From assembly GCF_009914755.1 (NCBI RefSeq), contig NC_060929.1: DNA of 64,000 nt, one strand, 5' to 3'. Both the position numbers and the translations under genes were made by a program. How positions within the stretch are numbered: position 1 is the stretch's first letter; each line of letters opens with the position of its first letter. The notes beneath the pieces were generated by a model. That model did not search any database, was not told where the DNA came from, and was given only the letters and a program-made list of their open reading frames with translations. The stretch comes from the human T2T-CHM13v2.0 reference genome, Homo sapiens. Of the stretch, positions 53,082 to 64,000 are shown piece after piece.

Positions 53082-54420
53082 ATGAAGCTTTTTGCAATGG
53101 GAACAAATGGAGTGAAATTATTTGTGTGATTTGAAGAAACTGCTTATTTCTGGGCTGGCTGATGCAAAAACAGTTTGCATCCTCCTTTGGTGATTTTATC
53201 CCCCAAGAATATTACTTACCTTTACTGGCAATACTTTAAAAATATTCTCATTTCAAACTCAGTATGAATAGCTTGAAATTGACATGTGGCTGTGTGATTC
53301 TCTTGGGAGTTCAGATCCCCTAGATGAAGTACGGGAGGGAAAAGATACAAAAGAATGACAGCTTTAATTTCAGTAGTGCACTCATCATGAGTGCACATCA
53401 GAATGGCACCTTGCAGAACTCTTCGTGATTTTGAATCTTAAGTTTCTCATTAGTATGATCAGTTTGATCAAGCCTACATATATTTTTAAAATTACTATTT
53501 TCTTCTATTATTCTTCAGAGCAGCAATTGACATGTTTTATTTGAAAATTAGAATGAGTTGAGGCAGGGAGCAAAGCCCAAAGTGGGGCTTCTTTTGCCCT
53601 AAAGTGTGATGAAGATTGAATGACTAATTCTTTAAGACAGTAACATTGAGATCTTGTCCAGAGGATGGATCTCTCAATCTGTCCTGTCAGGCAGTTCTGA
53701 GTGTAATGGGCTCAGTGGCCACAGGCAAGGGTGACTTTATATACAGAAAGACAGAATGTTGTGCCATGCAGGCAACCCTACCTGGTGCCTAGAATTCTTC
53801 ATGCTCAGGAGATAGGGATTTCATGATGATGTTTGATCTAGAACACTTGACATATAACTGATCAAGCAGAGTGCAAGAGAAACCCAAGCAGGAAGAGTGG
53901 AGGACAGAGGAGAAAGACCCTGGGGACAGCATGGCCGAGAGGTCTGGGCAACCCTCCCTTGAGTGTTAGACACACAGGAGGACTAGCAGGGTCAGAGGAG
54001 GGAGCTGTGGGCCACCAGGAGCTCTTGTGAAACTTACCTTCTGATTCTGCCCCTTGCAGCAAATGCCCCTGACCACAGCCCCTCTCCCACAATTTCTCTT
54101 TAATAGTGATTAAATGTGTTAGCCAGATTTATTATCAGATTCCTAAGAGTAAGGGTAGTATGTAGGTCATGGACCAGGTGGGTTCTGAAGTAGGAGCAAA
54201 GAAGGAAAGTCTGAGTCGTTTTGCTAGAGGACTTCTAGAATAATCTGTTATTCTTGGTAATAAACTTTCAGACTTTTCCTATAAGATGCCAAGTTTGTGA
54301 TCTAGTTTGAAGTCCTTTTGAATGGACCCATCTAATAATATTCCAGGCCCAGCAACATAGCTTTCACAAAACACAGAATTCTAAAATGTTACAGAAAGAA
54401 AATTCTTAGTCATGATCTGG

Positions 54421-54726
54421 CCCAGAGGTTTTTGAAGTGTTTTTTTTTTTTTTTCTTTTTAAAGCAGTGGAAGCTTTGCTTCAAAAGAAACCAGATGAAA
54501 AAGTCCAACATAAAGTCATTAAAAAATGGAGCAACTGTGGTTAACCCCAGTGGTTCTTCTGAAGTAGCTGAGAAAAGAGGATGAAATGATTTGCCTAGGG
54601 AGTGAATTCAGCAGCCCCCAGAATCATGGATGATGCTGCTCAATTCAACACCGTGTTCACGGCACCATGTGGTATTAAATAGTGAATTGACAAACAGTCC
54701 ACAAGTCTGAGTCGGAGAACTGCTGG
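54421..54726 (-). mobile_element. MER103C-like MITE
   Basis: 'gtttttgaagtgttttt..aagcagtggaa..aaaatggagcaactgtggtt'. Confidence 0.45.
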
Positions 54727-54889
54727 TGTGAAGGTTTAGAATGGTGTTGCTATCGTAAAGCTACAGAATATTTAGTCAATATGTGTTTTTGTATACAGAG
54801 TAGGGAAAGATGAAACCTAGGATGGGGAGTTTTCTTGTAGACCTGATTCTGGGGACATTGAGAGGACAAGAAATTCTTTCATTTAATGG

Positions 54890-55590
54890 CGATGTTTTCT
54901 TTTTGTTGGTTTGTACTCATAATGTTTTATACTTTATTGTGCATATTAAAGAGTGTGGACAACATCGGTGTACAGTTTAAGAATAAAAGTATGAACATCC
55001 ATGTATCTACCCCCACCCCGCTGAAGAATGACAATATTTCCAATAATATTGAACATCCCTGTGTGTGCCCTGGTCCTATTAAATCCTCTTGCCTCCTCTA
55101 GCCACTAGTATGAATTTTGCATATATATATATTTGCTTTTCACAATAGTTTTAACACCATGTCTGCATCTCTAATCAATCTGTTGTTTAGTTTTGTCTGT
55201 ATTTAACTTCACAGAAACGGAATCGCTTCTTATCTTGCTTCTTTTGGTCAACTTCATACTCTAGAACATTTCTATCATTGTAGAAAGTTCTGTTGGGCTG
55301 CATACCTCTAGCTATTTGTCCGTGACGTTCAGTGGAGATTTATCCATGATGTTAATCATTAGCATGCGTTGCTGTATAATGTTTTACTGTTTGAATAACC
55401 ACAATGCATTTATTCATTTTATAATTGCTGGATATTTGGTGTATTTCCAGTTTTTTACTCCAACAAAATACTTCTGTAATAGTGTACCTGTCTTCTGGTG
55501 CAAGAACTTCTCTAAGGTTTACACTTAGGAGTAGATATGCTGGGTAAAGAGTGGGGACATGTTCAAATTTTACCAGGTAATAACTAACTC
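54890..55590 (-). mobile_element. Old L1M 3' region
   Basis: 'gctggatatttggtgtatttccagtttttt..ttaggagtaga..tgctgggt'. Confidence 0.65.
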
Positions 55591-55899
55591 CCTATTTATT
55601 TGACGTCATGTGCTTAGAATTGGATTAACACAATCCAATTACATTAAATACAACCCTTGGCTCTAGACACACTATCATCAGTGGAACATGAAAGGTTGGT
55701 CAGTCTATCTGTCTGTCTGTCTGTCTATCTATCTTAGTGAACATACCAAAAATAGATCTTTTCCAATTACTTAATAATTACTTGTGTCATCTTATCCTTT
55801 TGCCTCCGCGATGGAGGTAACCACTATCTGGAATCTCATCATTTTTTTCTTAAAAAAGAGTTGTTTTCACATAGATGTATGTGGTAATATGTATGTGGT

Positions 55900-56206
55900 A
55901 ATTATGATGTTAACAAATTACTTTAAACCTTAGTTGCTTAAGACAACAATGATCACTTATTATCTTATAGTGTCTGTGGGTCAGGAATTCAGAGAAGGGA
56001 CATTTGGGTTGCTTGTCTTTGCTCCACAATATCTGAGGTCTCATCTGAAGGCTTGACTGAAGCTGTAGGATCTGCTGCCAAAGTGGCTTACTCACATGGC
56101 CGGCAAGGTGGGGCTGGCAAGAGCTGGTAAGTTCCTTCCTCTCCATGTGGGCCTCTCTCCATGTGGGCTTCCCCACGGGGCTATTGAGTGTCTTCATTAC
56201 ATGACA
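55900..56206 (-). mobile_element. MLT1F-like LTR fragment
   Basis: 'taacaaattac..ccttagttgcttaagacaaca..tctgtgggtcaggaattc'; 'ggcttactcacatggc'. Confidence 0.75.
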
Positions 56207-58236
56207 GTTTTATTGAGGGGTTCAGCCATTATTTCTGTTAGCCTAGATTCCACTTTAGGGAATAACATGATGCAAGTTATAACTTTTCTTCATTTTCTTG
56301 TTGAAAATATAGAAAGGTCTTGAATTTTTGGTAAAATCTAAACTATTCAGGTGTTGATGAGGGCTCATGTTATGACAGCAGTGGGTAGTTCATGCTTTTT
56401 TGCTAATAAGTGGAATGAGGGAGCCAGTTTCTCATGGTTGATGGAGGTTACAGGGAATACTGTGGGCTCACAAATCACTGCTGCTAACCAAGTGACACTG
56501 GCCACCAAGTTTGAACTCTGGATGAAATAAACATCAAGACATAGAGTAAGAAAGAATAACCCCCACCCCATGCATTCTATTAAAGGATCCCTTCTTGCAC
56601 ACCAGTTCAGTTGTTTCCATTAAAAAAACCAATATATCAATGAATAAGAATAAGATTATTTTATGTGTTTAACATGCAATGTCTGAAAATCCAGGGAATA
56701 TTTTGTCTTGGATTTCCAGCTTCATTGTCTAAAAACACATAACATCACTTAGCCATCTGAATTAGGGATCCAGGTGCATTCCAATCCAACAAACAAATTT
56801 CCCTAAATTATTTTATAAATGTTTGAAGCCACAAGACCCTATAAATACAGGCAAGTTGATGTTTAAAAGAAATCTGTAGGCCCCAGGAGGGTAGCTACTA
56901 TGTCTTTCCAGTTCTTTATCATGCTCTCTGGTATTTAGCTTAGTGCCTGGCACATAGTAGATGCACAAAACAATTGGATTACTAAATTATTGAGTACTAA
57001 AAGAGTGCCTTGGAGCTTTCTTTCTACTTATAGCTATGTGTATTAAGTGGAGCTATTGGGCTTTATATCTTACTTGTCAATACTACCAATGGTTATTTAA
57101 CTCTGGGAAATTGTTTAGCATAGCTTGGTCTGTTCCTTGAAAAAAACAAAAATGCAGATTCAACTAGGTAATTTTGGTGGAAATGAGCATCTGGGGAGAT
57201 GGAATTGGATTCCTAATTGGACACTCTAAGAACATTCATGCTTGAATTCTTCCGGGGTGAGAGAGTATCACCCTCCAGATCTTAAGAGTTCTTAAAAGGG
57301 AGGTGTAGTATTTCAGAAACAACCCTTTCAAGCCTTAATGCCTTTCATCAAAGGCTTTTAAAGCACTTTGCCTTTAACACGGCCCATGCCTACCTCCTGC
57401 CCAGCTTATACACATGCTTCCCTTTGAGGTCAGTGGAGGCTAATAGCGCTGAGAAAACAAGTGAGTGCATGTAGTGGTAGTAAAGGCTGCAACCTTGTCG
57501 TATTTCAGTCTTGCATGTGAGTGTGCACCTGAGACTTCAGAGAAGTCAGCGGAGGCCAGAAGGAAATCAAGCATGAGCACCAAAGAAAACCAGCTGCCCA
57601 ATGAAGGAACCTCAGGTCTAATAATTGGACCCTCTCAAAATGGAACAATTTACCACTGGAGGTAGTGAGGTCCTCATTCTTGGAGAGACTCAAGCTGAGA
57701 CTGACTCACCACTTGGTGGCAATGCTGCAGTGGTGGGGGCGAGCAGGAACCAAAGGCAAGCTAGGGGAACCAGTTTATGGTCTATGAGAACTCTTACCCC
57801 TCCATGTCTGAGTTTATAAAGTCAACTCTGCCTCTCCTTTCTGGAATGGGCCATCAGAAATCTCTGATTTACTTGGACCCTCACCTACTCACATTTCTCC
57901 TGATACTCAAGTTTAGTGAGAAAGAGGCAAATGACTCCCATTGCCAAAAGTCTAGCTGGAATCAGATAGGAGTTCAAAAAGGACCTCCCAGAATAGGTTT
58001 TGGGACTAGGGCATACTCACCACTGATGTTCTCAGTGAGGACCCTAAGCCCAGAGAAGTCTGAATCACCAGTGACTTGGTTGGTTTCCTACTGTGTGCTT
58101 GTCAAGGCAGGACATGGGCCTGGTAGATTTTATCATGGTTAATCAAGTCATTAACTGTCAGTGTTGAGTTTTCTTGGCCATCTGTGTCTGAATGTGTTTG
58201 CTTCAGGGGAATAACTGTGATTGCTTAGTCTAGTGA

Positions 58237-58946
58237 ATGGTTCTCAAACTTTTGCAGGCATAAGAATCACCTCGCGGGCTTGTTTCAAGACAGACTGCTG
58301 GGCTCCACCCTCAGATTTTCTGATTCAGTGGGTCTGGGGTGCAGCCAGAGAATTTACCTTTTTAGCAGATTTCCAGGTATGTTAGTTTTCAATTACTGCT
58401 GAAACAAATTACCACAAACTCTGTGGTTTAAAACAACACAAATTTATTATTTTACAGTTCCAGAGGAGGGCAGAAGTCCAAAATGGGTCTCACTGGGCTA
58501 AAATCAAGGTGTTGGCTGAACAGAATTCCTTTCTGGAGGCTCTAGGGGAGAATCCATTTCCTCGCATTTGCTGGCTTCTAGAGGCTGCCTGATTTCCTTG
58601 GCTCATGGCTCCTTTTCATCTTCAAAGCCAGCAAAGGCTGACGGAGTCTTTTTCAGATGCCATCTCTCTGGTTCAGATTGTCTGCCTCCCTCTTCCTCAT
58701 TTAAGAATCCTTGTCTTTACACTGGGCTCACCTGGGTAATACAAAATAATATCTTTATTTTAAAGCAAAATGACTAATAGACTTAATTTCATCTGCAAAC
58801 TTAATTCTTCCTTGTCATGTAACCATATATTCACAAATTCCAGGGATTAGGATGAGGATGTCTTTTGGCAAGAGTCATTACTGTGCCTGTCACACCAGGT
58901 GATACTGATGCTACAGGTCTAGGGACCACATGTTGAGGACCTCTGG
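58237..58946. mobile_element. MER5A split by an MLT1C-like LTR
   Basis: The MER5A halves 58237-58377 and 58895-58946 rejoin at 'ttccagg|tgatactgatgct'. Confidence 0.85.
58378..58894 (-). mobile_element. MLT1C-like MaLR solo LTR
   Basis: 'gttagttt..aacaaattaccacaaact..ctggaggctctaggggagaatcc..cctgtcaca'; perfect TSD ccagg at 58373-58377 and 58895-58899. Confidence 0.9.
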
Positions 58947-60994
58947 CTTAGTGATATGAGGGACCATCTAGAGGGTGCATAGTTATTGGGAGAATTGTTT
59001 GTCAATAAAAGTGGGCAAGAATGTGCATGTCTTATGGAAAACTGTTATTTTGTATAGTTTAAGATTTTATCAAACTATTATGGAAAATACTACTTTGTAA
59101 AATGTTAATCCCAAGATCCTTGTGGATATCCAAACTGAAGGACCAAAGGCCGATTTCTCACGACTCTAGCATGCTGCCCTTCAGTTTTCCCCCACCAGTC
59201 TCATTCACTCCTTGCACCTGATTGGCTTTGCTCTTGTGATGGTCTCTACCTGCCATATTGTTCTCTTGCTCTTTACCTAATGAGACCCTGCCCCTTTGGC
59301 CTGAAGCCTCTCCTGGCCATGATGCCTTCTCTGATTGCTCTACTTGAAAATTATCTTATTTGCCAGTTTACTAGGTATTCTCACACATGAAATCATTTGG
59401 TTCCCATAACAGTGCCATGAGGTGGGCAGCCTGTCTGTTTCATAGAGAGAACAAGGCCACAGCAAGCTTGAATGAGCTGCTCAGGTTCACCTAGCACTCA
59501 CAGGTCTGGGGACTCGGCCTGTAGTGCCATGACTCTGAATCCAAGCTTGTCCAGCTTGGATGAAAGGGGCATTTCAGGGGTACTCCCAGCTGGCGAGTTC
59601 CTGGTTAAATGACCAAGTTTTGGCCTCAGGTGAGCAGCATATCCTCTGGAGGACCTGACTTTCTCTTTAAGCTCTTTTCTTGTCCGTCTACATCCAAGGG
59701 CAATTCTCTCTTGTTATGGTGCTCTTTATTGGGTAGCTTAAAAAAAAAGAAGCCTCTTGTAAATGAAACTAGAGTTCCTTGCTTAGGAATTTAACTTGTC
59801 AAATATAAATGCCGTCATTTTAATTATTATGTGCAACTGAGATGAGCTGCTGTCATTCACAGCTTCATTCCTGGAGTTTTAAGGAAACAGACTCTTGGAT
59901 AATGAGAACCACAGATTTAGGAAGAAGGTTTTTTTTAAAAACAGACACTAATAGCAGTGTGTTTTCTGTAATCTGTAAACCTTGTGTACCATGACACAGG
60001 TGGTCACTTCTTTTACTTTGAAGAAAATAATAATCATATGGCTGAATCTGGTCTGGGTAAAAGGTTATATGTTTAGATTAGCTCCATGAGATAGGAGAAG
60101 CAAGAGGAGGAGCAGAGACCTATGAAAAATTATAGCCTGAGGGTAGTAATTTTGTAAAACAAATATATGACTAGATGGTGATTCAGCCCGTATTCTTTTT
60201 AAGCAAGTATTCAATTTACTGTTGGGTGAGTGGGAGGGAAAACAGTGAATGAACATGGGATTAAGATATAGACCCTTACACCTTCTAATCTTTCTTATCA
60301 CTTATCATCCCTGGAAAACTCCCTGAGTTCTCTGCATTCATTTTCTTGAGGCTGTGGATGGATAGGCTGGGATTGATGTTTACCTGCCTGTTTGGAAAGC
60401 TTGTTGGGTCAGTTCCCCTGAGTGGTCATGAGACAGTACCCAGCCCAGCAGGTGTGTCCCTAAAGTGCATCTGTCATCAGAAAGGGAATTCCTCCTTGTT
60501 GCAAATGAAGTGTGATTGCTCGTCAGGTGAGTGAGCACCGTGGGCCCTGGGTTTCTGCCAAACTTGTGTGGGTTTGGGCTGTTGGAAATATTGCGGGATG
60601 TAAGGGAACATTCCACTGTTAACCCAGGGAGTGATAATTCACTATAGTGTGATTAATACAGTGATGAAAGATGCACTTCCTTCACATTCTTAGCTGATGC
60701 TTTGAACGTTCAGAAGAAATGTTAAATTCATTGATGAAAATATAAAAATGTAACAGTTCTGAATGTACTCCACCATGTCCTTAAGCACTGTCAGAACACA
60801 AAATTAACATGTTAAATCACCTCCTGAGTAACGGCCAACAAACATCCTCAAAATAGTCTTCTTAATATTTCACTGGTTACTAAATCAAGATATTTCTAGA
60901 ACAAGAGACCCAGTTTAAAGATCAATAGGTGGTAGTAACATTACGAGATGGTGTCCTCACTCTGCCATGATGATATGATGATGATAAAGAAAGT

Positions 60995-61519
<525 letters not shown>

Positions 61520-61555
61520 TTATTTAGTTTTCTTATACTGCCAGAAATCGTCACC

Positions 61556-61650
61556 TATTTTCTTCCTTCTTTCCCTCCCTCCCTCCGTCCCTCCCTTCCT
61601 CCCTTCCTTCCTTTCCTTTCTTTTCTTTCCCTCTCTGCCTTCCTCCCTAC
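61556..61650 (+). repeat. (TTCC/TCCC)n polypyrimidine simple repeat
   Basis: Read directly. Confidence 0.85.
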
Positions 61651-61943
61651 AGACTTTGATCTTTTCCATGTCTGTTCATTCTTTTTTCTATTATTTAATT
61701 CTCCAGGCATTGAGTAAGCACTTGCTATGTGCTAGGCACATAGGTGTTAAGAGGTAAGGATTTGAAGATGAGCAAGACTCAGATCCTATCTGCAAGAAAT
61801 TTGCAAGTATCTTTGCTTCATCTCAACTTTCTCCACCTCTTCGTTCTCTTCCCCCCCTCCCCCTTATTTTCATCATCCTTGGCACACATAGGGGATGACT
61901 GGGGGCTACTCTACCAAGACTTCTTAAGAATTTTCCCTTCCAG

Positions 61944-62762
61944 ATATGAACAGACACTTCTCAAAAGAAGACATTTATGCAGCCAAAAGACACGTGAAAA
62001 AATGCTCATCATCACTGGCCATCAGAGAAATGCAAATCAAAACCACAATGAGATACCATCTCACACCAGTTAGAATGGCGATCATTAAAAAGTCAGGAAA
62101 CAACAGGTGCTGGAGAGGATGTGGAGAAATAGGAACACTTTTACACTGTTGGTGGGACTGTAAACTAGTTCAACCATTGTGGAAGTCAGTGTGGCAATTC
62201 CTCAGGGATCTAGAACTAGAAATACCATTTGACCCAGCCATCCCATTACTGGGTATATACCCAAAAGATTATAAATCATGCTGCTATAAAGACACATGCA
62301 CATGTATGTTTATTGCGGCACTATTCACAATAGCAAAGACTTGGAACCAAGCCAAATGTCCAACAATGATAGACTGGATTAAGAAAAGGTAGCACATATA
62401 CACCATGGAATACTATGCAGTCATAAAAAATGATGAGTTCATGTCCTTTGTAGCGACATGGATGAAGCTGGAAACCATCATTCTCAGCAAACTATAGCAA
62501 GGACAAAAAACCAAACACCACATGTTCTCACTCATAGGTGGGAATTGAACAATGAGAACACATGGACACAGGAAGGGGAACATCACACACTGGGGCCTGT
62601 TGTGGTGTGGGGGGAAGGGGGAGGGATAGCATTAGAAGATATACCTAATGTTAAATGACGAGTTACTGGGTGCAGCACACCAACATGGCACATGTATACA
62701 TATGTAACTAACCTGCACATTGTGCACATGTACCCTAAAACTTAAAGTATAATAAAGAAAAA
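61944..62762 (+). mobile_element. 5'-truncated L1PA (L1PA4-like): ORF2 C-terminus and 3' UTR
   Basis: ORF 61946-62392 matches the L1 ORF2 C-terminus ([18 protein letters not shown]) with a premature stop; 3' UTR 'gttaaatgacgag..caacatggc' lacks the L1HS-Ta ACA; 18-bp TSD aagaattttcccttccag at 61926-61943 and 62763-62780. Confidence 0.96.
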
Positions 62763-63785
62763 AAGAATTTTCCCTTCCAGTGAACACTACCTGCTGAAGG
62801 TGGAAAAAGCTAGAAGGTAACTATGTCCTTGTCAGAGGAATTCTGATAGAAGAAAGGTAGACCTGAAAGGAAATAGTGCCAAAAAACAAAACAAACAAAC
62901 AAACAAAACACAAGCAAGATGTAGACAGACTGACAGCCAGAGCCTTCCAAATGAGAAAGTGCAAAGCTGGTGAAGGGGAAAATGGCATTCAGTCCTTGAT
63001 CATTCCCAGGGTGATAGTGATCTGCTTGTAGGTGTCTAAAGGGTGTGTGCACACAGGAAAAGAGGCGATTGGGCCAAGTTCTTCAGATTAATCTACAAGA
63101 GAGATAAAGGAAAATAGGGAGGGGAGGAAAGAAAATGATTGATTGCAATTTCTAAGTAGATTTGTTTTTTTTTTTTTAGTAGACATTATATGCCATTTCA
63201 GACTTGGGGCCTGCTCATGAAAATCCAGGGGAGATGTCCTTGTTTGAACTACTTTTAGACATTCACTTTGCTTTTAATATCAGCTGAATAACATAGTTTA
63301 TTTAAAAAGCACAATGCCCAAGGGACCTAGAGAAACTCCTCTGCAGTCATGTGGGCTTCAGTGGCAGAACACAACATGCTTCTCCCCATGTTTTATTCCA
63401 TTTATTTCACGTGTCCAGAATTTAATGAGAATTGGATTCCATGAGAGATACTGCCAGATCAAGTGAAATCATGCATGGAAAAGCCCATCCTAAATGATGA
63501 AAACTTGTCTTGAAGTCACTTTCAGATCCTGATACCTGAAATCTTATCCTGTTTAGTTATTTTCTTAAAATTGTCTGCTATGAGCATGTATTTGTAAGTA
63601 GAAGCTTTACAAAGACTTCTAAAATGAGGGCTAAATGGGATTTCTGCATTTGTAGGTTTCTGCTCTTTGGGATTGGCTTGAACCACTGTGTTCCTGGAAG
63701 CTTCTTCCAGTGCAAGGCCTCATGAGAATCAAGAAGCTTCTCATCAGGTTCTGTTCTACTGTAGGGGCTGCAGTTCTCAGATGCT

Positions 63786-63930
63786 GCATTTGTCAGAGTT
63801 CTCCAGAGAATAGAATCCAGAAGACATCTATGTATATATACATCTATGGGGTATAATATTTATACATAATGGGATATGTATGTATCTCTCCATGTACACC
63901 TACACACACACAGAGAGAGAGACAGGAGAG
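63786..63930 (-). mobile_element. MLT2 LTR 3' end plus TA/CA/GA simple repeat
   Basis: 'gtcagagttctccagagaa.agaa.cc' followed by (TA)/(CA)/(GA) tracts. Confidence 0.55.
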
Positions 63931-63931
63931 A

Positions 63932-64000
63932 GGCTGGACACGGTGGCTTACGCCTATAATCCCATCACTTCGGGAGGCTGAGGCAGGCGGATCACCTGAG
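63932..64000 (+). mobile_element. Alu (AluS-like), cut by the window end
   Basis: 'ggctggacacggtggcttacgcctataatccc..gcggatcacctgag'. Confidence 0.93.

Noticed and set aside
61946-62392. 148-aa ORF with a clearly protein-like sequence
   Set aside because: It is the C-terminus of L1 ORF2 in a 5'-truncated L1PA with a premature stop, not a cellular gene.

Overview
Primate (very probably human) intronic or intergenic DNA. About half of it is recognisable interspersed repeats: 11 Alus, L1PA/L1MA/L1MC/L1ME fragments, L2, many MIRs, MaLR/ERV solo LTRs (THE1, MST, MLT1, MLT2, MER74-like) and hAT/mariner MITEs (MER5, MER20, MER63, MER94, MER103, Charlie4a, MADE1). I could not recognise any cellular protein in the ORF track; the protein-like ORFs come from L1 ORF2 or Alu. 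I could not identify the host gene and found no evidence of a novel multi-gene system. Four things the repeats do not explain: (1) a 513-bp dispersed duplication, 29011-29523 vs 46626-47137, with only 3 differences, a clear donor-to-copy direction and a hairpin filler at the junction; (2) a 9-nt candidate neural-type microexon, GAAGACCAG at 14651-14659; (3) a second, ~60-bp templated insertion (36418-36477 copied into an old L1 at ~39911-39985); (4) a candidate short 3' transduction on an L1MA. Repeat subfamily names come from remembered consensus motifs, not from a database search. Boundaries of old repeats are approximate.
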